Counted from the stretch's first letter, positions 8,585 through 17,625 are shown. The stretch: 32,000 nucleotides of DNA from Fibrobacter succinogenes subsp. succinogenes S85 (GCF_000146505.1 NC_017448.1:2070001-2102000), one strand, 5' to 3'. Notes: generated by a model from the letters alone, not told the origin. Made by a program: numbers and translations.

Positions 8585-9982
8585 ATGAAACGACTCCTAT
8601 TACTCCTTATAACAACGTTACTTTTTTCGGCTTGCGCAAACAAGTCCATGACTCGCTACGAGGCGCTCGCCCCGGTATTTGAGCACAATGGCTACGAAGC
8701 CGCCATCAACGAAGTCAAGAAGCAGCAAGAAGACCTCTACGGCGAAAAGACCGAGTTCCTCTATTACTTTGACTTGGGAGTCCTCTACCATTACAACGGC
8801 AACTACAGCGAAAGCGCTGCCAACTTCGACAAGGCAGAAAAGATTTACGACGACCTCTACACACGTTCTGTAACAAATGAAGCGGCCGCCATCGTCACAA
8901 ACGACAACATCCGCCCCTACAGAGCCCGCCCCTTCGAAGTGCTCGTGCTCCACGAAATGCAGATCATGAACTACCTCGCCCTCAAGAATGTCGATGGCGC
9001 CATGATCGAAGTGAACCGCGCCCAAAAGGCAATGACGGAGCTCTACCAGAAAGACAACGACAAGACTAACGACAACGGATTTTTACGCTACCTCACGGCA
9101 ATCGTCTATGAAATGGCAGGCGAACCGGACGAAGCCGCCATTGCCTACTACAAGACGGTCAAGGCCTTTAACGAAAACATCCTGAACCTCCCCAAGGAAG
9201 CACGCGAGTTCATCATTGAAAGCTTGAGACGCAATGACCGCGAAGACGACATCAAGACGCTCAAGCTTGACAATTCCCTTGAAACGCCAAAGGCAAAAGC
9301 CGCTTACGACCTCGGGCAAGAAATCATCGTCATCGGCTACGCAGGCCACGGACCGATCCTCACCGAACTTAGGATGTCCGGAACTTATGTGAGCGGAGGC
9401 CTCCTGAACCTTAGCTACAAGGATTCAAAGACCGGCAAGGTGACAAGCTCCACCGTAGGCGCCCCGCCCGTCGCAGGCGCAAGCAACGGAGAAACTTTCC
9501 ACATCGCATTTGCACTCCCTGAAGCGCATTCGTTCAGGAGCCAGGTGCAGCGCTTCAACGTCACTGTAGACAACCAGTCCGGAATACGTCCCGAAAAGAT
9601 GATGGCGCTTGACAAGGAACTTGAAATGAACCTCAAGGACGACTTTGCAAACACCATGACGCGTACCGCCATCCGAGTCGTTCTCCGCACGATTGCAGCA
9701 CAGGCCGCAAAGAAGGCCATGAAGACGGACAATGCGCTATTCAATCTTTTCACGAGCATCGGTACAGACATCGCACAGGACCAGATGGAAAAGGCGGACC
9801 TCCGCATAGCGCTCTTCTTGCCAAACTCAATCCAGATGACACGTATCCCCGTCGAGCCGGGTTCACACGAAGTCTCCGTTACGGCAGAAGGCGAAACTGG
9901 TACAGTCAAGGTATTCAATTTTGGCAGCGTGCCGGTGAAAAAGGGCGAAAAGAAGTTCATCTTTGTGCCTGCGGTCAAGTAA
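8585..9982 (+). CDS. Large lipoprotein with a helical-repeat N-terminal half; resembles COG3014-type uncharacterised lipoproteins
   Basis: The lipobox is TTLLFSA|C. There are TPR-like helices (YYFDLGVLYHYNGNYSESAANFDKAEKIY) and the segment NDNIRPYRARPFEVLVLHEMQIMNYLALKNVDGAMIEVNRAQ. The family assignment is from memory only. Confidence 0.5.
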   Translation: MKRLLLLLITTLLFSACANKSMTRYEALAPVFEHNGYEAAINEVKKQQEDLYGEKTEFLYYFDLGVLYHYNGNYSESAANFDKAEKIYDDLYTRSVTNEAAAIVTNDNIRPYRARPFEVLVLHEMQIMNYLALKNVDGAMIEVNRAQKAMTELYQKDNDKTNDNGFLRYLTAIVYEMAGEPDEAAIAYYKTVKAFNENILNLPKEAREFIIESLRRNDREDDIKTLKLDNSLETPKAKAAYDLGQEIIVIGYAGHGPILTELRMSGTYVSGGLLNLSYKDSKTGKVTSSTVGAPPVAGASNGETFHIAFALPEAHSFRSQVQRFNVTVDNQSGIRPEKMMALDKELEMNLKDDFANTMTRTAIRVVLRTIAAQAAKKAMKTDNALFNLFTSIGTDIAQDQMEKADLRIALFLPNSIQMTRIPVEPGSHEVSVTAEGETGTVKVFNFGSVPVKKGEKKFIFVPAVK

Positions 9983-10037
9983 CACCTACATAATTAGGCG
10001 AAAAAGCATCATTTTCTGAAATGTAAATACCACTTTG

Positions 10038-10053
10038 CTAAATAATTATTTAG
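10038..10053. promoter_or_regulatory. Perfect 16-bp palindrome upstream of the OMP gene
   Basis: CTAAATAATTATTTAG equals its own reverse complement. It ends 32 nt before ATG 10086. Confidence 0.35.
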
Positions 10054-10085
10054 TTTGAAGTCAAAAACATTCCTAGGAGCAAAAA

Positions 10086-10850
10086 ATGAACTTCAAATTG
10101 ATCTTTGCAGCAGCTGCATTGCTTGCTACTCAGTCATTCGCTATCGCCGGTATTGGCGCCCACTACACCCCGAGTGTCGGAACCACCCTCAAGGAAGCTC
10201 AGAGAGCCGACATCAAGGGAACCGACGGAAAGATCGGTTTCAGCCACGGTAGCTTTGACTACATCCAGGGTTTCGGTTTCAAGGCCTGGGTCGACATTCT
10301 CCCGTTCGTCGATATCGAAGCCACGTTCAACATCCAGTTCGCCTCTTACAATGCAGCCCTCTGGGTAGGTGACGGCGAAAACGCTCGCAAGATTCCTCTC
10401 GAAATTGAACTCGGCGGTACCCCGTTTGCGAAGGCAACCCCGAAGTACGTCGGCATGAACGCAGACCTCTCCGTCACGAAGCCGTTCTCCATCCCGCTTT
10501 TCCCGATCCGTCCGTATGTCGGTGGCGGTCTCACCATCCACTGGAACACGTTCGTCTTGAACAAGGCCTTTGTTGAAGGCGTGTTTGACAAGGCATTTGC
10601 TGATGGCAACTATCCTGCAGACGAAAACGAACTCGTCAATGCACTTAAGAGCAAGGTTGTTGACTACGCCAAGGATGAAGGCCTCAAAAAGAGCATCGGC
10701 ATCCACTTGCTCGCCGGTGTCCGCTTCAAGCTCCCGATCATCCCGATTGCAGCTTATGCAAACGTCAAGTGCTACCTCGGCGGTGAATACGATAGCGATA
10801 TCGACGCCGGTAACTTTGCATTTGAAATCGGTGGCGGTTTTGCCCTTTAA
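10086..10850 (+). CDS. Putative outer-membrane beta-barrel protein
   Basis: AGGAG lies 7 nt upstream of the start. The signal peptide is MNFKLIFAAAALLATQSFA. The sequence shows alternating hydrophobic and Gly-rich strands, with a C-terminal strand NFAFEIGGGFAL. Confidence 0.55.
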   Translation: MNFKLIFAAAALLATQSFAIAGIGAHYTPSVGTTLKEAQRADIKGTDGKIGFSHGSFDYIQGFGFKAWVDILPFVDIEATFNIQFASYNAALWVGDGENARKIPLEIELGGTPFAKATPKYVGMNADLSVTKPFSIPLFPIRPYVGGGLTIHWNTFVLNKAFVEGVFDKAFADGNYPADENELVNALKSKVVDYAKDEGLKKSIGIHLLAGVRFKLPIIPIAAYANVKCYLGGEYDSDIDAGNFAFEIGGGFAL

Positions 10851-10898
10851 TTTTTGTAGATTAAAAAAAGTTGGTTAGAAGAGAGTAGGTATCCAAGA

Positions 10899-11627
10899 AT
10901 GACTCAAAATACAAGCAGCACAAACATCCTCATCATCGAAGATGAAATTGCCATTGCCGAAGGCCTCGTAGACCTCTGCGAGCTCAACGGTTACCGCGTC
11001 AAACACGTTGTTGACGGCGAAAGCGGCCTTGCCGAAGCACTTTCCGGACAGTACGGACTCGTACTCCTGGACCTCATGCTTCCGGGTATGGACGGCTTTA
11101 CCGTTTGCGACAAGATCCGCGAAAAGGACAAGAGCCTCCCGATCATCATCCTTTCTGCAAAGAATTCCGATGATGATATCATCAACGGGCTCAAGTTCGG
11201 TGCCGACGACTACATCCCGAAGCCGTTCTCCGTACCGATGCTCCTTGCACGTATCGAAGCAGTGCTCCGCCGTAGCCGCCAGACAATGGAAAACGAAGGC
11301 AAGCTTGTGGCCGGCAACCTCCGCGTGAACTTCCGTGAATACACGGGCGTTCGCGGTACAGAAGAACTGGCATTCACCCGCAAGGAAATCGAAATTCTTG
11401 AATACCTCTGGAACAACCGCGACCATGCCATTCCACGTTCCGAACTCCTCCGCAAGGTCTGGGGTTATGAAAATGCGGAATCCGTGGATACCCGTACGGT
11501 CGACATCCACATCACCAAGCTCCGCAAGAAGATCGAAGACGATCCGGCTCATCCGAAGCTGCTCGTCACGTTCCGCGGTGAAGGTTATCAGATGCGCTCG
11601 GCTCCAGAATGCGAGAAGTCAGTATAA
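10899..11627 (+). CDS. OmpR/PhoB-family response regulator
   Basis: The receiver domain shows ILIIEDE, the phospho-acceptor context LVLLDLMLPGMDG, and LSAK. The winged helix shows TRKEIEILEYL, VDIHITKLRKKIE and TFRGEGYQM. Confidence 0.9.
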   Translation: MTQNTSSTNILIIEDEIAIAEGLVDLCELNGYRVKHVVDGESGLAEALSGQYGLVLLDLMLPGMDGFTVCDKIREKDKSLPIIILSAKNSDDDIINGLKFGADDYIPKPFSVPMLLARIEAVLRRSRQTMENEGKLVAGNLRVNFREYTGVRGTEELAFTRKEIEILEYLWNNRDHAIPRSELLRKVWGYENAESVDTRTVDIHITKLRKKIEDDPAHPKLLVTFRGEGYQMRSAPECEKSV

Positions 11628-13528
11628 ATAAAATCACTACATACCTCTCTAGCAAGTACAAGGCTCTTCGGAGCCTTATCCTTGCCTCTAAAGATCGTCT
11701 CATTTTTGTGGCGATTTTTATCGTTATTGCGATTCCCGTAATAATGCTTTTAAGCCATTCTTACACACAGTTGCAAACGTCGTCGCTCTTTGGCTACAAG
11801 GAACATGCGTTCTCTGTGTTACAGAACTTGAACAAGAACATCACGGCGGACCTCGCTATCGAAGACAGGCGCTCATACGCCGACTATCGATTCATCCGCT
11901 CGGTTCCTGTGTTCGGCGGCGAAGAAATCACAATGTCCGAACTTGCGGAATTCCCGCAGAGGAGCCATTACGTCGGGCTCGTCGGGCATTTCCAGCTGGA
12001 TCCCGCCGGCAACTTGAGCACACCGGTTCTCCCGGATGGCGTGCTCGAAAGAATCCCCATGGTCGACAGGGCAAAGCGTGTTGCCATCCGCAACAAGATT
12101 AGCCAGATTCTCAACACGTCAGGATTTTCTGCCATTTCTTCGCCTGTCGCCTTCGCGATGACATCGAGCAGCATGGAAAAGGCAGACACGACGCACAAGA
12201 ACGACAGCAGGCTCATTGACCAGATTTACAAGCAGGACATCGACATTGCAAGTACCCGCAAAAAGAAAAAGTCTAGCAAGCACCGTGTTGAACAAATTAC
12301 CGAAACCGGCGACTTCGCCTTTGGCGTTGAATCTACAAAGCTTGACACAACCGGTCTTCTGGTCCGCCTGATCAACACCGAAACGACGCATTCCATGGAA
12401 GCAGAAATTGACTTTTTCCAGGCCATCGTCGATTCGAACTATATCATTTTCCACCGCACCGTGAGACGCGGTACAGACGTATTTATCCAGGGCTTTATCG
12501 TCGATGCACGTGCCTACCTCACGAACCTCGTGAAAAACGAAATCGAGAAGTACAAGGGCGTCACCAAGGGCAATCAGCAAGACCCGCTCGTGCTCGCATT
12601 CTTCCACAAGAACAAGTCCTTTGTCGCCTTCGGCGAACGCAACAACATCACGACGGAACTCCTTTCCGAATCATTGCAGGCGCCGCTCTCGGATATCACC
12701 TTCAAGATGTACACCACACAGCGCGCCCCTGGCGGTGAATTTGTCACCTTCATCGGGTTCCTGATGCTTGCAGTGCTTGCGATTGGCTTGATTTCGATTT
12801 ACCACGTGACGCAGAGCCGCATGAAGCTTGCCTCAAAGCGCCAGGACTTCGTCTCCGCCATTACGCACGAGCTCAAGACTCCGCTGACCGCCATCAAGAT
12901 GTACGCGGAACTGTTGCAGAATTCCTGGGTCGCAAGCGAAGAGAAAAAGCAAAAGTATTACGGACAAATCGCGAGCGAAGCAGACCGCCTTTCAAGACTT
13001 ATCCAGAACGTGCTGAACCTCTCGAAGCTCGATGGCAACCGCTGGAACGTACAGCTCCGCATGGACAAGCCAAAGCAAGTCCTTGACGACTTCATCTCTA
13101 CCTACAGCAAGAACGTTGAAAAGCAGGGATTCGAACTTACTGTCTCTTCGGACACGGATGCAGACAACATCAGCCTCATGATAGACCGCGACGCCATCAT
13201 GCAGATTCTGATGAACCTCGTCGACAACTCGCTCAAGTTCTCCAAGAACGCAGACTACAAGATGATCAACGTGGAACTGCGCATCAAGGGCACCGACATG
13301 TACCTCGCCGTGCGCGACTTCGGTCCGGGCATTCCGCCTTCCGAAATGAAGAAAGTCTTCCAGGAATTCTATAGAGTCGAAAATGAAATGACCAGGCAGA
13401 CAAGCGGCACAGGCATTGGACTTTCGATGGTAAAGAAATTGTGCGCTTTATGTAATATGACGATTGAACTTGAAAACGCTAACCCCGGTTTGCGCACAAA
13501 AATACACTTCCCAAGTCTGTCCATTTGA
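11609..13528 (+). CDS. Sensor histidine kinase with a large (~320 aa) extracytoplasmic domain
   Basis: It overlaps the regulator gene by 19 nt. Two TM segments are present (LIFVAIFIVIAIPVIMLL and FVTFIGFLMLAVLAIGLISIY). The H-box is SAITHELKTPLTAI, the N-box is LMNLVDNSLKFS, G1 is RDFGPGIP and G2 is GTGIGLSMV. Confidence 0.9.
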   Translation: MREVSINKITTYLSSKYKALRSLILASKDRLIFVAIFIVIAIPVIMLLSHSYTQLQTSSLFGYKEHAFSVLQNLNKNITADLAIEDRRSYADYRFIRSVPVFGGEEITMSELAEFPQRSHYVGLVGHFQLDPAGNLSTPVLPDGVLERIPMVDRAKRVAIRNKISQILNTSGFSAISSPVAFAMTSSSMEKADTTHKNDSRLIDQIYKQDIDIASTRKKKKSSKHRVEQITETGDFAFGVESTKLDTTGLLVRLINTETTHSMEAEIDFFQAIVDSNYIIFHRTVRRGTDVFIQGFIVDARAYLTNLVKNEIEKYKGVTKGNQQDPLVLAFFHKNKSFVAFGERNNITTELLSESLQAPLSDITFKMYTTQRAPGGEFVTFIGFLMLAVLAIGLISIYHVTQSRMKLASKRQDFVSAITHELKTPLTAIKMYAELLQNSWVASEEKKQKYYGQIASEADRLSRLIQNVLNLSKLDGNRWNVQLRMDKPKQVLDDFISTYSKNVEKQGFELTVSSDTDADNISLMIDRDAIMQILMNLVDNSLKFSKNADYKMINVELRIKGTDMYLAVRDFGPGIPPSEMKKVFQEFYRVENEMTRQTSGTGIGLSMVKKLCALCNMTIELENANPGLRTKIHFPSLSI

Positions 13529-13539
13529 TTAGTTCAAAA

Positions 13540-13560
13540 GACGAGAGACGAGAGACGAAA
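13540..13560. repeat. Heptanucleotide array GACGAGA GACGAGA GACGAAA immediately after the kinase stop codon
   Basis: There are three in-phase units. The 20-mer CGAGAGACGAGAGACGAAAG at 13542-13561 is identical to 27682-27701. Confidence 0.7.
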
Positions 13561-13640
13561 GTTTCCGGTTTTCATCGTTTACTATATTTTTTTTGTTCCC
13601 TTCACAATGTGGAACTTTAAAAATCTAAAAGAGGCGCGGT

Positions 13641-14978
13641 ATGACTCAGGACGATATCATCAAGAATCCGTTGGATTATGATCTTTCCATTGAAACCGTT
13701 GGCAAGGGCACGCTTAAGTCCCCGATGAACGGCGTTCCTTTCGTTTCGGAAAACGACAAGGTCAGCCTTACCACTGACGTCAATCTCATCTCTGAATACT
13801 TAGCGAAGGGTATCCCGGTACCTTCACTCGAAGTGGCCGGCCCTCGACAGACAATTTTCCACGACCCCGCCTGGACACGTGCAGGCATCGTCACATGCGG
13901 TGGTCTCTGCCCAGGTCTTAACAACGTGATCAAGGGCCTTGTACAAGTGCTCTGGTTCGACTACGGCGTGAGGAACATCTTCGGTATCCCGTACGGCTAC
14001 CGTGGCTTGAACCCGAATTACGGTTACTCCCCCATCGTGCTTGACCCGGATGTGGTCGATGCCATTCAGGAAGACGGCGGTACGATTCTCGGTAGCTCCC
14101 GCGGCATGCAGGACCCGGCCATCATGGTCGATACGCTCATGCGACTCAACATCAACGTGTTGTTCTGCATCGGTGGTGACGGTACGCTCCGTGGCGCACA
14201 TGCTATTGCCGAAGAAGTCAAGAAGCGTAAACAGCCCATCTCGATTATCGGCATCCCGAAGACGATCGATAACGACTTGAACTTGATCGACAGGACGTTC
14301 GGTTTTGAAACCGCCGTGCTCAGCGCCACAGACGTGATTACCAGCGCCCACATTGAAGCAAACGGTGCATTCAATGGTCTTGGCCTAGTGAAGCTCATGG
14401 GTCGTGACTCCGGCTTTATCGCCGCGTATGCATCGCTTGCAACAACAGTTGTGAACATCTGCCTCGTTCCCGAAGTTCCCTTTACGCTTGACGGGCTCTT
14501 CAAGGCTCTCGAAAGCCGTTACGCCAGCGGCAAGACTCACGCCGTGATCGCCGTCGCCGAAGGCGCCGGACAGGAACTTTTCAAAAACCAGGAAGAACGC
14601 AGGGACGCAAGCGGTAACATTCTGAAGAACGATATCGGTGAATTCCTGACCCACAAGATCAAGGAACATTTCGATAGCGTCGGCAAGGAAATCAACATCA
14701 AGTACTTTGACCCGAGCTACACGGTGCGTAGCATCCCGGCGAAAGGCACGGACGCCATTTTCTGCTTCCAGCTCGCAGAAAACGCAGTACACGCAGGCAT
14801 GGCAGGCAAGACGGACATGGTCGTTGGCAGCATGAACAACGTATTCTCGCACGTGCCTATCGAATACGCCGTGAGCGAACGCAAGAAAATCAACCCCAAT
14901 GGCCCCCTGTGGCATGCCGTTCTCGGTATCACGCGCCAGCAGGACTATTTCTCCGGCAAGGGCAAACGCAGCAAGTAA
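13641..14978 (+). CDS. 6-phosphofructokinase, long PFK-A type; phosphoryl donor not assignable from sequence
   Basis: AAGAGG lies upstream of the start. Motifs present are TCGGLCPGLNNVIKG, CIGGDGTLRGA, IPKTIDNDL and MGRDSGFIA. Confidence 0.9.
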   Translation: MTQDDIIKNPLDYDLSIETVGKGTLKSPMNGVPFVSENDKVSLTTDVNLISEYLAKGIPVPSLEVAGPRQTIFHDPAWTRAGIVTCGGLCPGLNNVIKGLVQVLWFDYGVRNIFGIPYGYRGLNPNYGYSPIVLDPDVVDAIQEDGGTILGSSRGMQDPAIMVDTLMRLNINVLFCIGGDGTLRGAHAIAEEVKKRKQPISIIGIPKTIDNDLNLIDRTFGFETAVLSATDVITSAHIEANGAFNGLGLVKLMGRDSGFIAAYASLATTVVNICLVPEVPFTLDGLFKALESRYASGKTHAVIAVAEGAGQELFKNQEERRDASGNILKNDIGEFLTHKIKEHFDSVGKEINIKYFDPSYTVRSIPAKGTDAIFCFQLAENAVHAGMAGKTDMVVGSMNNVFSHVPIEYAVSERKKINPNGPLWHAVLGITRQQDYFSGKGKRSK

Positions 14979-14999
14979 TCCTTTTATTAATTTATCACC

Positions 15000-15143
15000 A
15001 TGCTCAAAAAAGAAGAAAAAGTCATCATCCGTACCGCACTCATGGAATACCGCAATCTCTTGTTCAAGACATTCCACGGCACTGACGAAGAAAAGACTCG
15101 CATTGCCACGGTGAACAAGTTGCTCCAGAACTGGAAAGTCTAA
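15000..15143 (+). CDS. Small hypothetical protein (47 aa), not in the supplied ORF track
   Basis: The product is MLKKEEKVIIRTALMEYRNLLFKTFHGTDEEKTRIATVNKLLQNWKV. Codon choice is host-like (ctc, atc, aag, ttc). It fills the pfk to next-gene gap and ends 8 nt before ATG 15152. There is no clear SD. Confidence 0.4.
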   Translation: MLKKEEKVIIRTALMEYRNLLFKTFHGTDEEKTRIATVNKLLQNWKV

Positions 15144-15151
15144 GCGTATTC

Positions 15152-15991
15152 ATGAGGATTACGCAGAACATTGTTTTTGCATTGCTGCTTGCGATTAGTT
15201 TCGCAAGCGCAAACGAGTACTTGCACATAGCGGATTCCTGCTATGCGGCACGTGCTTTGCGTGCAAACGGCGACAAGGCCGATGCAAAGAATGCAAAAAT
15301 AATGAAGGAATCCTACAAGAAGGCGATGGAAGATTCCACCGTTTTGGAGGCCGCAACCGAAGGCTACGTGAAGACGCTGTACTTCTGCTTCCGATTCGTG
15401 CAGTTTGACGAGAAGAAGCGCCAGCTCCATTTGGATACGCTGATGGATGCAAGCAAGAGCGCCTACGAGAAGTTCCCTAAGAACAAGGAAATTGCACACG
15501 TTTACGCCTCGACGCTTTCAATGTGGGGTTCTGAACGCAATGTATTCTCGTCCATCAAGGAAGGCATTGCAGGCAAAGTCCGTGATGTCGCAACTGCAGC
15601 AGAAGACTGGCAGATTCTCGGGCGTGCGCATTTTGTGCTGCCATACGTGCCGCTGATTCTTTCGTGGCCCGATGAAAAGCTTGCAGATAAGTACCTTACG
15701 ATGGCACTTGAAAAGAACCGCAAGGACATTTACAACTACTACTTCCTTGCAGACTTGCGCTACGATCAGAGCCGCTACGACGATGCCGTGGAATTTATCG
15801 TACAAGGTCTCGATGCAGGCGTGCGCCCCGGTTACATTCTTGAAGACAAGCGCGCCCGCTGGCACTTGAAAGAGCTCTGGAAGAAAATCGATTACAAGCA
15901 CAGGGACAAGCTTTCGCCAAAGCACCTTGAAGATGGCGAGAACATCCGAAAAGCGATTGAAGCGCTGAGAGCGAAGAACAAGAAGAAATAA
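15152..15991 (+). CDS. Hypothetical secreted all-helical (TPR-like) protein
   Basis: The signal peptide is MRITQNIVFALLLAISFASA. The sequence has a helical-repeat character (..YYFLADLRYDQSRYDDAVEFIVQGL..). I recognise no catalytic motif. Confidence 0.6.
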   Translation: MRITQNIVFALLLAISFASANEYLHIADSCYAARALRANGDKADAKNAKIMKESYKKAMEDSTVLEAATEGYVKTLYFCFRFVQFDEKKRQLHLDTLMDASKSAYEKFPKNKEIAHVYASTLSMWGSERNVFSSIKEGIAGKVRDVATAAEDWQILGRAHFVLPYVPLILSWPDEKLADKYLTMALEKNRKDIYNYYFLADLRYDQSRYDDAVEFIVQGLDAGVRPGYILEDKRARWHLKELWKKIDYKHRDKLSPKHLEDGENIRKAIEALRAKNKKK

Positions 15992-16003
15992 TTTCTTATA
16001 AAC

Positions 16004-16034
16004 AAAAAAGCGGACTTTAAAAGTCCGCTTTTTT
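16004..16034. terminator. Bidirectional rho-independent terminator shared by the convergent 15152-15991 and pta genes
   Basis: AAAAAAGCGGACTT-taa-AAGTCCGCTTTTTT has an A run and a T run, so it can function on both strands. Confidence 0.8.
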
Positions 16035-16055
16035 GTTTGCATTTACTAGAAGGAG

Positions 16056-16076
16056 ATGCCCGCTTAAAGCGGGCAT
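16056..16076. other. Second hairpin downstream of pta
   Basis: ATGCCCGC-ttaaa-GCGGGCAT forms an 8-bp stem. There is no U tract on either strand. Confidence 0.35.
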
Positions 16077-16110
16077 GACAAGCGCGAAGGTTTCGCGCAC
16101 TCCCAATTAC

Positions 16111-17514
16111 TTACGCCTGGGCCTGAACAGCGGTGAGGGCGATCGTGTAGACGATGTCTTCGACGAGGGCGCCACGAGACAAATCATTCACCGGCTTTGC
16201 AAGGCCCTGGAGCATCGGGCCGATAGCGATCGTACCGTGAGCAGAACGCTGCACAGCCTTGTAACCGATGTTACCGGCAGAGAGGTCCGGGAACACGAAC
16301 ACGGTAGCCTTGCCAGCGACCGGGCTGTTCGGGGCCTTGAGAGCACCAACGCTCGGAACGGTAGCGGCATCGTACTGGAGCGGGCCATCGATGAGCATTT
16401 CCGGGCGGGCAGCCTTTGCAGCGGCAGTAGCGGCCACGACGAGGTCTGCATCCGGGCCCTTGCCCGAATTGATGGTGCTGTAAGAGAGCATAGCAACGCG
16501 GCTCGGGAGGCCAAAAGCCTTTGCCGTGTCATCGCACTGGAGAGCGATATCGGCGAGTTCTTCGGCGAGCGGGTTCAGGTTGATAGCGCAGTCGCCGTAG
16601 ATGTAAGTCTTGTCCTTCATGCACATGAAGAACACGGAGCTCACGGACTTCACGCCCGGAGCGGTACGGATAATCTGGAGAGCCGGACGGAGCGTATCGG
16701 CAGTAGAGTGGATAGCGCCAGAAACGAGGCCATCGACTTCACCGAACTTGAGCATCATCGTAGCAAGCATTACGTTGTCAGAAAGAGCAGCGCGTGCAGA
16801 TTCCGGAGTCATGCCCTTAGCCTTGCGGAGTTCCACGAGAGTCGGCACATACTTTTCAGCAAGTTCTGCGCTCGGTTCGATAATTTCGATGTTAGCCGGG
16901 AGCTTCACGCCAACAGACTTTGCGGTAGCTTCGATATCGGCCTTCTTGCCGATGAGGACCGGCACGGCGATGTTGCGTTCAACAGCGAGGCAGGCAGCCT
17001 GCACGGTACGCGGTTCAGAACCTTCCGGGAGCACAATGCGCTTCACGCACTTGGAAGCCTTGGAAAGGAGGCTTGCGCGGAACATGGCCTGGCTTACGCG
17101 GCGTTCAGCAGCCGGAGCGGCGAGGTCACCAGCAACGCACTTTTCGCAACGGAGCAAGCGCTTCGGGCAGAAGAGTTCGGCATCTTCGCCATCGGCAAAA
17201 ATCTTTGCATCGAGGGCAGAGGCGAGGTCGTCGTTAAACTTGTGAGCAATGACATCGTTCATGCCCGTTGCACCTTCGACGACAACAGCGTCGACATCGT
17301 CAAAATCCTGCTTGAGGAAATCAGCGCAGATCTTTTCCATGAGCACGGCAGACTTGCCGGCCTTGATTTCAGCAACGCTATCGGCAGCATTGAAAACTTC
17401 AAGCGGCTTGTAGACTGTAGCGATGAGACCAGCCTTGGTAACAGCGTCGACAAGTTCCTGGACTTTGGCTTCCATGTTGGAGGCAGCCGTGGCAACTAGG
17501 TATACACGATTCAT
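16111..17514 (-). CDS. pta: Phosphate acetyltransferase with a ~140-aa N-terminal extension
   Basis: The PTA_PTB core shows [69 protein letters not shown] lies 8 nt before ATG 17514, and the 17526 start in the track is a TTG within that RBS. Confidence 0.85.
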   Translation of the reverse strand: MNRVYLVATAASNMEAKVQELVDAVTKAGLIATVYKPLEVFNAADSVAEIKAGKSAVLMEKICADFLKQDFDDVDAVVVEGATGMNDVIAHKFNDDLASALDAKIFADGEDAELFCPKRLLRCEKCVAGDLAAPAAERRVSQAMFRASLLSKASKCVKRIVLPEGSEPRTVQAACLAVERNIAVPVLIGKKADIEATAKSVGVKLPANIEIIEPSAELAEKYVPTLVELRKAKGMTPESARAALSDNVMLATMMLKFGEVDGLVSGAIHSTADTLRPALQIIRTAPGVKSVSSVFFMCMKDKTYIYGDCAINLNPLAEELADIALQCDDTAKAFGLPSRVAMLSYSTINSGKGPDADLVVAATAAAKAARPEMLIDGPLQYDAATVPSVGALKAPNSPVAGKATVFVFPDLSAGNIGYKAVQRSAHGTIAIGPMLQGLAKPVNDLSRGALVEDIVYTIALTAVQAQA

Positions 17515-17554
17515 TTTAATCTCCAATTTTGAATTTACGAGTGTAAAGGTAGGA

Positions 17555-17583
17555 TTTTTTTGCCCTGCGGGCAGGGGCTTTTT
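17555..17583 (+). terminator. Terminator-like hairpin with no upstream plus-strand gene (orphan)
   Basis: TTTTTTT-GCCCTGC-ggg-CAGGGGC-TTTTT. The U tract follows the stem only on the plus strand. It lies in the divergent pta / fibro-slime intergenic region. Confidence 0.4.
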
Positions 17584-17625
17584 CTAATAACTATTGACCA
17601 ACAACTAATGACTAACAGCCAATAC
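17584..17625. repeat. Six in-phase degenerate heptamers (CYAAYNN type)
   Basis: The units are ctaataa ctattga ccaacaa ctaatga ctaacag ccaatac. The array directly abuts the orphan hairpin. TTCTAATAACT is also found at 8529-8539. Confidence 0.65.

Noticed and set aside
16033-17499. A 488-aa plus-strand ORF covering all of pta. Similar cases are 25900-27372 opposite rng and 30404-31603 opposite dnaN.
   Set aside because: All three are codon-aligned antisense frames, where stop codons would require TTA, CTA or TCA in the sense gene. These well-expressed genes simply avoid those codons. The translations are low-complexity Arg/Ala/Asp/His-rich with no motifs, and the sense genes have unambiguous identities.
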